Shown here one piece after another: positions 8,600 to 16,101 of a DNA stretch of 32,000 nt. The DNA comes from an uncultured archaeon (GTDB taxonomy: Archaea > Halobacteriota > Archaeoglobi > Archaeoglobales > Archaeoglobaceae). The notes beneath the pieces were generated by a model that saw nothing but the letters and a program-made list of their open reading frames with translations, made no database searches and was not told the origin of the DNA. Location: the NCBI GenBank assembly GCA_964463865.1, contig CAYXDX010000004.1:10580-42579 (forward strand), written 5' to 3'. Each line of letters begins with the position of its first letter. The stretch's first letter is position 1. The position numbers and the translations under genes were made by a program.

Positions 8600-9447
8600 G
8601 GGTAGTTAAAATCTCTCGAGGCGTGTTCTTCGTTGAAGGAGAGAACAGAGGCAGGTATCCGTATTGCAACGCGCTAATCGTCGGAAGCGTTTTAATCGAC
8701 GCGGGTTGCGGAATAAACGTCGTCAAAAGCTTGGTGGAGAAAGTTGACGTTCTTTTGCTTTCTCACACTCATCCAGATCACGTCTCGGGAGCGTGGATAT
8801 TCAACGAGTTCGGAAAGAAAGTGCTTTCTCCGGAGACGGAGACCAAAATCGACGAACTTGCAAGGAGGTTTGCACCTCCTCTTGCCGAAAAGTGGAAGGA
8901 GGTCGTTTCGAGAGTTATGGGGCTGAAGTCTTTTGAAGCTGAGCGATACGACGACGCGATAGCTGTTGGAGGGCACGAGATCGTGCCGATAAAAACCGAG
9001 GGACACACGAAGGACATGCACGTGCTCTTGATAGACGGGAAAATACTCTTTGGAGCCGACGTGGATCTAACGAAGTTCGGACCTTGGTACGGCAATCCGG
9101 AGAGCGATCCGGAAAAGTTCGAGAAGAGCATAAGGAAGATCGAGGAAATCGAGTTCGAAGTTTACGTGTCGGCTCACGAAGGCGTGTTTAACAGAGAGGA
9201 CACCTTAAAAAAGCTCGAAGACTACGTGAGCCACTTCAAAAAACGAGAAGAAAAGATTCTCGACCTCCTCGAAGTTCCGCGAAGTGTGGACGAGCTCGTA
9301 GCTATGTCTCCGATATACGGCAGGAAGAACTTCTCCAAAGAGTTGCTCGACTACTTCGAGAGGAACATGATCGAAAAACACCTGAAAATCCTCGAGAAGA
9401 AAGGTAAGGTAAAAAGGGTCGACGGAAAATTCGTTAGATGCCGATAG
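8596..9447 (+). CDS. MBL-fold metallo-hydrolase with a possible C-terminal winged-helix-like tail
   Basis: HTHPDH (HxHxDH) motif. The start overlaps the leuS stop (ATGA). The C-terminal portion (roughly the last 65 aa; ILDLLEVPRSVDELVA ... HLKILEKKGKVKRVDGKF) looks wHTH-like by eye only. Confidence 0.8.
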   Translation: MRVVKISRGVFFVEGENRGRYPYCNALIVGSVLIDAGCGINVVKSLVEKVDVLLLSHTHPDHVSGAWIFNEFGKKVLSPETETKIDELARRFAPPLAEKWKEVVSRVMGLKSFEAERYDDAIAVGGHEIVPIKTEGHTKDMHVLLIDGKILFGADVDLTKFGPWYGNPESDPEKFEKSIRKIEEIEFEVYVSAHEGVFNREDTLKKLEDYVSHFKKREEKILDLLEVPRSVDELVAMSPIYGRKNFSKELLDYFERNMIEKHLKILEKKGKVKRVDGKFVRCR

Positions 9448-10723
9448 GTCTCTCTGGAGCGATTATGTTGTATTCGTCGAGCTTGCTCTCTGCCTCTACC
9501 ATCTTCTCCTGCAGCTCTTTCAGGAACTCGGAAACGAGCGATGCTGCCAGCTTCTTACACCTCCCGCAGAGGAGCTTTCCGGACTTGCAGCTCTCCTTTA
9601 TGTCGACGACCTCTTCGTCTCTCTTCATAAGGTGGTACGTGTAAAGCTCGAAGACCGCGCACTTTTCTGGCTCCCCTCCGAGTCTTCTCTGCTCCTCCGC
9701 CGTTGCTCTGCCCCCGGTAATCGCGTTCATGACCTTCTTCTCCGCGACCTTTGGATCGTCGAGCAGGCTTATGTAACTCTCCGGTTTGCTCGAACTCATT
9801 TTTCCTCCCGTAAGGCCCGTGATGAACTTGTGATACGTGGAGGACGGAGGAATAAACGCGAAACCGCCAATTTCGACCTCGATCTTTCTGACCTCTTCTT
9901 CTATCTTCTCTTCTTCGCCAAAAACGTCGACGTGCCCTTCGTAAAACTTTTTGTCGAAGTCGAGAGAGTCGAGGAGCTTCAGGTAGTCTTCTCCTTTTCT
10001 GCTCCTTATTCTCAGCCCGCCGTCGATCCTTTCGAAGGAGTAAATCGACACCCTCGAAGCTAAGTCCCTCGTAAGCCTTATGTGTGGATCCTGATCCGCT
10101 CCGACGGGGACTACAGTTGGTTTTGGACCTTCGAAGTCTTTGAGCTGTGGTGCCAATATGTCTGCCGCCTGTATTGCTGGAGTAAACATTTTCGCGAGCG
10201 TGGTTTCGCTCTCAAATCCGTAAATTGCTCTCAGCTCACTCCAGTTGACCTCGGACGACAACTCGAAAGCGAGGTCTTTTACGTATCTGTTTGCCGATTG
10301 GAAGTAGATGAGGCTGTTTTTGTTTAGCCCGAGGGCTATTATAGCTTTTACGTATTCGAAACCGATCTTCCTGCACTTCTCCCAGCTAACGCCTCTGACT
10401 CCGTGGGCTTCCATGTCTGCTATGGCTACGAAAGCGAAACCCCCTTTCTCGTTGTGCCACACGATTTCATCCATCGTCATTTTGTGGCCGAAGTGCGGCA
10501 GTCCGGACGGCATAAACCCGGACATCACCGCGAACTTTTCCCCTCTTTTCATAGCTCTCGCTATTCTCCAGTAATCTCTGTGCCCGAAAATTACCCCTCT
10601 CCTCATCAGGTAGTGCGGATCGTCAATTTCCGGAAGCACGTCGGAGAACTTCTCCATTCCGAATTCCTCTATCAGCTTCGAGTAGTCTATTACTCCTTCT
10701 ACCTCCCACGGCGTAACTTTCAT
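9434..10723 (-). CDS. trpS: Tryptophanyl-tRNA synthetase (archaeal/eukaryotic type)
   Basis: N-terminus VTPWEVEGVIDYSKLIEEFG is typical of archaeal/eukaryal TrpRS. HIGH-like GLPHFGH, GADQDPHIRLTRD, and KMSKS variant GKMSSS. It carries an extra insertion and a C-terminal four-Cys motif (see findings). Confidence 0.9.
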   Translation of the reverse strand: MKVTPWEVEGVIDYSKLIEEFGMEKFSDVLPEIDDPHYLMRRGVIFGHRDYWRIARAMKRGEKFAVMSGFMPSGLPHFGHKMTMDEIVWHNEKGGFAFVAIADMEAHGVRGVSWEKCRKIGFEYVKAIIALGLNKNSLIYFQSANRYVKDLAFELSSEVNWSELRAIYGFESETTLAKMFTPAIQAADILAPQLKDFEGPKPTVVPVGADQDPHIRLTRDLASRVSIYSFERIDGGLRIRSRKGEDYLKLLDSLDFDKKFYEGHVDVFGEEEKIEEEVRKIEVEIGGFAFIPPSSTYHKFITGLTGGKMSSSKPESYISLLDDPKVAEKKVMNAITGGRATAEEQRRLGGEPEKCAVFELYTYHLMKRDEEVVDIKESCKSGKLLCGRCKKLAASLVSEFLKELQEKMVEAESKLDEYNIIAPERPIGI

Positions 10724-10732
10724 TCAGACACC

Positions 10733-11668
10733 TCACTCGAAGTGTTCCGGGGAAAGGTAGATCTCTTCTTCGAACTCCGCGTAGCCGAGTCTCTCCTTGA
10801 TGATTACGTAAGCCATCTCTGGAGGAATGGCGCCGACCTCGGTTATTATCAGGTCTATGTAACTCCTTGGAGTAGCGTCAAATGCGGGATTTCTAACTCG
10901 GACGTTTTCGAGAGACAGAATCTCTTCTCCTACTACTTCCTTCGGGTCTCTCTCCTCTATCACGACGAGTTCGCCAAGGAGCGTTTTTGGGCTGAACTTG
11001 TATGTCTCCGCGGCCACCATGAACGGAACCCTCGCTTCCTTTGCGGCTAAGGCAATCATGGATGTCCCTATCTTGTTTATCAGAGCGCCGTTTGCTGTGA
11101 TCGTGTCGGCTCCGACGATCACGTAGTCGACATCTTCGATGAAGTATCTGACCGCGCTGTCGACGATTAGGTTTACTTTAATCCCGTATTCCGCAAGCTC
11201 CTTCGTCGTTATGTGTCCCTGATATCTCGGCCTCGATTCCGTTGCGTAAACTTCGTCTATTTTTCCCTCGTCGAAAGCCCTCTTTATTATCGATAGAGCT
11301 GCTGACGAGTTGCAGTGGGTCATCACGACCGAATTCGGCTTGATCCTCCTCGCTCCGATCTCTCCTATTTTCTGCTTTGCCGTGTCTACCCACTCTATGA
11401 ACTCTTTCGCTCTCTTGATCAAACTCTCTCTCTTTTCCTCCTCGCTCTCTCCGGAATACCTCATCACGTAGTTTATCGCGTTGTAGAGGCTCACAGCAGT
11501 CGGCCGGGTGTTCAGCAGTCTTTCTGCAGCTCTTCTCATCTTTTCGTCGAAGTCACCTCTAATCGTGGCGGCGTATTTCATTAGAGTCTCCGCGGCGAAC
11601 CTTGCAATTCTTGACGCACCTCTAACTTCCATGGTCTCTATTTTTCTCGCAGCTTCCTCTATCAGCAT
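10733..11668 (-). CDS. Ribose-1,5-bisphosphate isomerase (eIF-2B alpha/beta/delta-like family)
   Basis: 311 aa. Strong resemblance, from memory, to Thermococcus-type R15P isomerase: TRPTAVSL, MTHCNSSAAL, ESRPRYQG, GADTITANGALINKIGT, AAETYKF, NPAFDATP. Its length and N-terminus fit R15P isomerase better than MtnA. Confidence 0.8.
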   Translation of the reverse strand: MLIEEAARKIETMEVRGASRIARFAAETLMKYAATIRGDFDEKMRRAAERLLNTRPTAVSLYNAINYVMRYSGESEEEKRESLIKRAKEFIEWVDTAKQKIGEIGARRIKPNSVVMTHCNSSAALSIIKRAFDEGKIDEVYATESRPRYQGHITTKELAEYGIKVNLIVDSAVRYFIEDVDYVIVGADTITANGALINKIGTSMIALAAKEARVPFMVAAETYKFSPKTLLGELVVIEERDPKEVVGEEILSLENVRVRNPAFDATPRSYIDLIITEVGAIPPEMAYVIIKERLGYAEFEEEIYLSPEHFE

Positions 11669-12393
11669 ACTAACCCCTCCGAGATGAGCGCGGCACCTTT
11701 TGCAACTGCGAGCTCGTCCTTTATAACTTTAATCTCCGGATCGAACTCCGGCGGAAGGTATTCGTAAACAATAGAGAAGTCGTCTTCGTCGAACATCTTC
11801 GCGATCCTTCCGCCGAAGGTCACGACTTCGGGGTCGAGAATCATCACCGCTCTTGCAACTTCCCTGCAGAGAACTTTGAAGCCGTCAAGCGCTTTTATTT
11901 CGCACTTCACGGCCTCTCTTCCGAAGTCCTTTTTTATCTTCCACCCGCTGAAGTGACACTCTAAGTGCCCCTTCATCCCGCAGCTGCAGACTTCCTCGCC
12001 TCCTACGTAAACGTGTCCGAGCTCGGCAGCTAAACCTCTGCCTCTGTATATCTTCCCGTTCGCTATTATACCGCTTCCAACTCCGGTTCCGAGAGTTATC
12101 GCGAGAATGTTCTCCTTTTTCGTAACGAACTTCGAGTAAGCGGCGAAGCAGTTTGCGTCGTTCTCTATTCTTCTACCTTCGAAAACCTTCAGGTCGCCTA
12201 TGTTTGGCGATTTCAGAATTTTTCCATTTCTTATCCACGCAGCCAAGCCGAAAACGGCGTTCTCGAACTTTAACACGATTTGCGGATCTCTCAGAACTTC
12301 TTCGGTTTTGATCGTCATCACGTGTCTGAACTTTTTACCGTCAAATTCCACGACGTCGGTAAAGGTCCCGCCTACGTCTACTCCTATTCCCAT
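11662..12393 (-). CDS. ROK-family sugar kinase, unusually compact (243 aa)
   Basis: N-terminal ASKHA phosphate motif [10 protein letters not shown], then TLGTGVGSG, and a ROK zinc motif variant [23 protein letters not shown]. Start chosen at the ATG at 12393, because the longer listed ORF (to 12822) overlaps the AMMECR1 gene on the opposite strand. The stop overlaps the start of the downstream isomerase (ATGCTGA). Confidence 0.75.
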   Translation of the reverse strand: MGIGVDVGGTFTDVVEFDGKKFRHVMTIKTEEVLRDPQIVLKFENAVFGLAAWIRNGKILKSPNIGDLKVFEGRRIENDANCFAAYSKFVTKKENILAITLGTGVGSGIIANGKIYRGRGLAAELGHVYVGGEEVCSCGMKGHLECHFSGWKIKKDFGREAVKCEIKALDGFKVLCREVARAVMILDPEVVTFGGRIAKMFDEDDFSIVYEYLPPEFDPEIKVIKDELAVAKGAALISEGLVC

Positions 12394-12441
12394 GGAGACT
12401 TGGAGGACAAGCATAAATATATCTCTTGCCAAGTTTTTCTT
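12394..12441. promoter_or_regulatory. Divergent promoter region with a central ATAAATATAT box (12413-12422)
   Basis: The 48-bp spacer lies between divergent start codons at 12393 (-) and 12442 (+). The single AT box is about 24-25 nt from each ATG, and no SD is present on either side. Confidence 0.35.
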
Positions 12442-13056
12442 ATGGTAAAGCTTCTCACTCTCGAAGAAGGAGTTAAAGCCGTCAGGTTGGCGAGGGAATC
12501 TATCGAAACGTATCTCAAAAGTGGAAAGGTATTGAAGAAGAGGTTCGGTGGTGTCTTCGAGGAGAAAAGAGGCGTCTTTACGACGTTGAGGAAAAACGGA
12601 ATGCTTAGAGGTTGTATAGGCTTCCCGTATCCGATAAAGAGGCTCGACGAAGCCATAATAGAGTCTGCGATAGCTGCAGCGACCGAAGACCCGAGATTTC
12701 CACCGGTTGAGATCAGGGAAATGGACGACATAATCGTGGAGGTGACAATCCTTACGCCTCCGCAGAAGCTCGAAGTTAAAGACAGAACGAAACTTCCGGA
12801 AATGATAGAGATCGGTAGACACGGGTTAATTGTCAAAAGAGGTCTTTTCAGCGGGCTTTTACTTCCGCAGGTTGCGGTGGAATACAACTTCGATCCTGAA
12901 GAGTTCTTAACACAGACCTGCCTTAAAGCGGGTCTCTCGCCGGACTGCTGGCTGCTCGAAGACACGGAGGTTTACGTGTTCGAAGGGCAGATCTTCGAAG
13001 AGAAGGAGCCGCGAGGAGAGGTCGTTGAGGTCGATACGAGATTTTGCGGGATATAA
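12442..13056 (+). CDS. AMMECR1-domain protein
   Basis: Motifs [41 protein letters not shown] are typical of AMMECR1. Start chosen at the ATG at 12442, since upstream in-frame sequence overlaps the ROK gene. Confidence 0.8.
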   Translation: MVKLLTLEEGVKAVRLARESIETYLKSGKVLKKRFGGVFEEKRGVFTTLRKNGMLRGCIGFPYPIKRLDEAIIESAIAAATEDPRFPPVEIREMDDIIVEVTILTPPQKLEVKDRTKLPEMIEIGRHGLIVKRGLFSGLLLPQVAVEYNFDPEEFLTQTCLKAGLSPDCWLLEDTEVYVFEGQIFEEKEPRGEVVEVDTRFCGI

Positions 13057-13061
13057 AACAG

Positions 13062-13078
13062 TAAATTATTTTAATTTT
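13062..13078 (+). promoter_or_regulatory. TATA-like AT-rich box about 26 nt upstream of the argF ATG
   Basis: TAAATTATTTTAATTTT sits in the 39-nt gap, with no SD before the ATG at 13096. The spacing suggests a leaderless transcript. Confidence 0.3.
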
Positions 13079-13095
13079 GTCGCTTCAGTCTTCCT

Positions 13096-14019
13096 ATGAA
13101 ACATCTGATATCCATAGCCGATTTGACGAAAAACGAAATCCTGAGGATTCTCGACTTAGCCGATAGGCTGAAGGAGGAGAGGAGGAACGGTATTTATAAA
13201 GAATATTTGAAGAACAAAACCCTTGGCATGATATTCGAATTACCGTCCACGAGGACGAGAGTGAGCTTTGAAGTGGCGATGGCGGACGCGGGTGGGCACG
13301 CTATCTACATGAACTGGAACGACCTTCAGCTCGGAAGAGGGGAAACGATAGGAGATACTGCCAGAACGCTTTCGAGGTACGTTCACGCGGTCATGATGCG
13401 CGTGAGAAAGCACGAAACGGTGGTAGAGTTCGCCAGACACAGCTCCGTTCCGGTGATAAACGGACTGAGCAATCTCGAACATCCGTGCCAGATACTCGCC
13501 GATCTGCAGACGATAAGGGAGAAGAAAGGTTTCGACATAAAGCTCGCTTGGGTCGGCGACGGAAACAACGTCTGCAATTCGCTGATACTTGCGTCGGCGA
13601 TAATCGGATTCGAAATGGTCGTGGCAACTCCTGAAGGTTTCGAACCGAACGAAGGCATTTTGAGAAGAGCGAAAGAATTTGGAGGAAACGTGAAGCTCGT
13701 GAGGGATCCAGTAGAGGCTGTCAAAGGAGCTGACGTAATTTACACCGACGTTTGGACTTCGATGGGTCAGGAGAGCGAGAGGGAACTTAGACTTAAAGTA
13801 TTTAAACCGTATCAGGTTAACATGGACCTTGTAGCGAAAGCTAAAGAAGACGTGATAGTCATGCACTGCCTCCCAGCTCACAGGGGCGAGGAGATAACAG
13901 ACGATGTTATCGATAGCGAGTATTCTGTCGTTTTTGATCAGGCCGAAAACAGACTTCACGCACAAAAAGCTCTTCTCATAACGCTGATAGGTGATTCTAA
14001 TGTGGGAGAGGGTGGCTAA
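13096..14019 (+). CDS. argF: Ornithine carbamoyltransferase
   Basis: STRTRVSFE carbamoyl-phosphate motif, [13 protein letters not shown] and [10 protein letters not shown] are OTC-type signatures. Confidence 0.92.
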   Translation: MKHLISIADLTKNEILRILDLADRLKEERRNGIYKEYLKNKTLGMIFELPSTRTRVSFEVAMADAGGHAIYMNWNDLQLGRGETIGDTARTLSRYVHAVMMRVRKHETVVEFARHSSVPVINGLSNLEHPCQILADLQTIREKKGFDIKLAWVGDGNNVCNSLILASAIIGFEMVVATPEGFEPNEGILRRAKEFGGNVKLVRDPVEAVKGADVIYTDVWTSMGQESERELRLKVFKPYQVNMDLVAKAKEDVIVMHCLPAHRGEEITDDVIDSEYSVVFDQAENRLHAQKALLITLIGDSNVGEGG

Positions 14020-14770
14020 AAGGATTGAAGAGTTCATCGTGAAGAAAGTCAGTGAGGCGAACGCGAACGGCGTCGTCGTAGGTTTGAGCGGTGGTGTGGA
14101 CAGCTCTACCGTCGCTTTTCTCTCGGTAAGAGCCCTCGGAAAAGACAAAGTTTTCGGAGTCATAATGCCGGAAAAAGGTGTTACGCCTGAAGAAGATGTA
14201 GAAGATGCGTTGGAGGTTTGCAGAATCCTCGGTATAAAACACGAGGTTGTGTTCATAAACGAGATTCTTGAGTCGTTCTTAGCTAAGCTCGGCTCCAACG
14301 GGATGGCGTTCGCTAACGTTAAGCCAAGAGTTAGGATGACGATTCTCTACTTCTTCGCGAACAAACACAACATGCTTGTCGCAGGGACCGGAAACAAGAG
14401 CGAGCTCAGAGTCGGCTACTTCACGAAATACGGAGACGGAGGAGTGGACATCCTTCCAATAGGTGACCTCTACAAGACTGAAGTCTGGGAACTCGCGAGG
14501 TTCCTTGGCGTTCCGGAGAGGATAATCAACAAAAAACCGTCGGCGCGACTCTGGAAGGGTCAGACCGACGAGGACGAAATGGGTATAAGCTACCGGAAGC
14601 TTGACGCCATTTTGAAGGCGATAGAGAGCGGCGTTCCCGTAGAGAAGATTCCGGAAACCGTGGGCGTGACGGAAGAGGATGTTAAAAAGGTAATAGACAT
14701 GGTGGAAAAAAGCAGACACAAAAGAGAACTGCCTTCAGTAGCCCCTGTGAGGGCGTTAATCGACTTTTAA
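14000..14770 (+). CDS. nadE: NH3-dependent NAD+ synthetase
   Basis: PP-loop GLSGGVDSS, plus [23 protein letters not shown] at 14000 (alternative GTG at 13991); it overlaps the argF 3' end. Confidence 0.9.
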   Translation: MWERVAKRIEEFIVKKVSEANANGVVVGLSGGVDSSTVAFLSVRALGKDKVFGVIMPEKGVTPEEDVEDALEVCRILGIKHEVVFINEILESFLAKLGSNGMAFANVKPRVRMTILYFFANKHNMLVAGTGNKSELRVGYFTKYGDGGVDILPIGDLYKTEVWELARFLGVPERIINKKPSARLWKGQTDEDEMGISYRKLDAILKAIESGVPVEKIPETVGVTEEDVKKVIDMVEKSRHKRELPSVAPVRALIDF

Positions 14771-15466
14771 AGATTTTTCAAGCTTTTTGGCGTATTTTTC
14801 CGGATTGTTCAGGAAGTCGAGCTTGTCGAGGTCGTTTACGAGCGTATACATGTCTTCGTTCTTCGAGATTCCGAGGACGTCCTCGAAATCGCAGGTCGCA
14901 AACTCGATATCTGGAACATCTCTGTAGTTGTCGTTTTTTACCCACCCGTCCTCAAGGTAATAGTAGCAGGCTCCCTTTCTCTCCGTGTATGGGTCGTATA
15001 TGGATTTAAAGTTCCTGCTAACCCAGTTCGCCATCCTCAGCGGCTCGTTTCCAGGGTTTATCGTTACGTGTCCGTAGTCTGGAGGGATAATCACTTTGTC
15101 GCCTTTTTCGGCTTCAACGACGATCACTCTCTCGACGTCGAGGCCTTTCTGAAGCAGGTATATCGCCTTTCCTTCGAGAACCTCGTAAACTTCCGGATAG
15201 CTGACGGAGTTCGCCTTGGGGTGGTAGTGACCGTAGGTTTTCACGAACTCCTTTCCGATCTTCGCTGGCGGTATGTACGTTATGTCGTACCTCAAACCTT
15301 TTTCGAGCATCTTTTCTTTGTCTTCTTTGCTTTTGTAAATGTCTCTGAACATGTAGTAGGCCGGAAAATCTTTTTTGAGAAGTTCCGGATAAGCTAATAC
15401 TGGTTTTAAGTCTGACGCCCACCTTATTTCTGCTTCGAAAACGAAGTCGCCGATTTTTAGCTCCAT
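14756..15466 (-). CDS. pgiA: Cupin-type glucose-6-phosphate isomerase
   Basis: It matches both remembered cupin-PGI signatures: TYGHYH-x9-EVY (TxGHxH...ExY) and PPDYGHVTIN (PPx3Hx3N). Its 3' end overlaps the nadE 3' end by 15 nt (convergent). Confidence 0.85.
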   Translation of the reverse strand: MELKIGDFVFEAEIRWASDLKPVLAYPELLKKDFPAYYMFRDIYKSKEDKEKMLEKGLRYDITYIPPAKIGKEFVKTYGHYHPKANSVSYPEVYEVLEGKAIYLLQKGLDVERVIVVEAEKGDKVIIPPDYGHVTINPGNEPLRMANWVSRNFKSIYDPYTERKGACYYYLEDGWVKNDNYRDVPDIEFATCDFEDVLGISKNEDMYTLVNDLDKLDFLNNPEKYAKKLEKSLKVD

Positions 15467-15524
15467 GTCTTCTGAGAGTATTCACGAAAATAAATTTTTT
15501 TTGTATTACTTTTAAAAAAATTGT

Positions 15525-15542
15525 TGTTACTTAGTAGTAACA
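15525..15542. promoter_or_regulatory. Perfect 7-4-7 inverted repeat TGTTACT-TAGT-AGTAACA in an AT-rich intergenic region
   Basis: Read directly from the sequence. It lies in the 159-bp spacer between divergent pgiA and the ferredoxin/fwd-like genes. It is a candidate operator with no known cognate regulator. Confidence 0.3.
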
Positions 15543-15625
15543 GTCGAAATTTATTAAATAACAGCTTTGATTTCAAATTAACAAAAAGCGAAAGATTAAA
15601 TTATTATTCGGGACGAAAAGGGTTG

Positions 15626-16096
15626 ATGCCGATTACTCCGATGGAAGTTTACAAGCTGCTTCCGAAAACGAACTGCAAAAAGTGTGGCGAGCAAACGTGC
15701 ATGAGTTTTGCGTTCAAGCTCATAAACAAGGAGAAGCAGGTTGAGGATTGTAAACCTCTATTTGAGGAAGAAAAATACGCGAAACAAAGAGAAGAACTTC
15801 TGAAGCTGCTCGAACCTCTTAAAGAGGCTACCGAGACCGGTTTGATAGTAGACGAGGAAAAGTGCAGCGGCTGTGGTAATTGCGTAGTCGTTTGCCCCGT
15901 TCACGCCGCCGAAGACCCGTTCGGGGCTGGGAGTGGAAAGGGAATTAGAATGGAGAACCCGATTCTGAGAATAGAGAACGGAAAGGTGCGAGTGATAAAT
16001 CTCACGATATGCAGAAGGTACGGAAAGAACAGGGTTCTGTGCGTCGCGTGTAGGGAGAACTGTCCGACCGACGCTATAAGTTTCTTGGAGGGGTGA
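15626..16096 (+). CDS. Iron-sulfur protein: CdhE/RnfB-type N-terminal Fe-S domain fused to a 2x[4Fe-4S] ferredoxin (FwdG-like position)
   Basis: The N-terminus EVYKLLPKTNCKKCGEQTCMSFAFKLI...DCKPL is nearly superimposable on the CdhE N-terminus in this window. This is followed by CSGCGNCVVVCP and C-x9-CVACRENCP. Start chosen at the ATG at 15626; the listed TTG at 15521 lies in AT-rich non-coding-looking DNA. Confidence 0.75.
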   Translation: MPITPMEVYKLLPKTNCKKCGEQTCMSFAFKLINKEKQVEDCKPLFEEEKYAKQREELLKLLEPLKEATETGLIVDEEKCSGCGNCVVVCPVHAAEDPFGAGSGKGIRMENPILRIENGKVRVINLTICRRYGKNRVLCVACRENCPTDAISFLEG

Positions 16097-16101
16097 AGTT
16101 A

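Noticed and set aside
12394-12822. N-terminal 143-aa extension of the ROK ORF (listed as 11662-12822)
   Set aside because: The extension overlaps the AMMECR1 gene on the opposite strand and has no ROK or ASKHA similarity. The ATG at 12393 gives the canonical [11 protein letters not shown]-terminus.
13240-14298. 352-aa minus-strand ORF antisense to argF and nadE
   Set aside because: It spans two well-supported plus-strand genes and their junction, and has no motifs. It is a shadow ORF.
15521-15625. TTG-initiated 35-aa extension of the ferredoxin ORF
   Set aside because: It lies in extremely AT-rich DNA and its translation (Asn/Leu/Ser/Lys-rich) looks non-coding. The CdhE-like domain begins right after the ATG at 15626.
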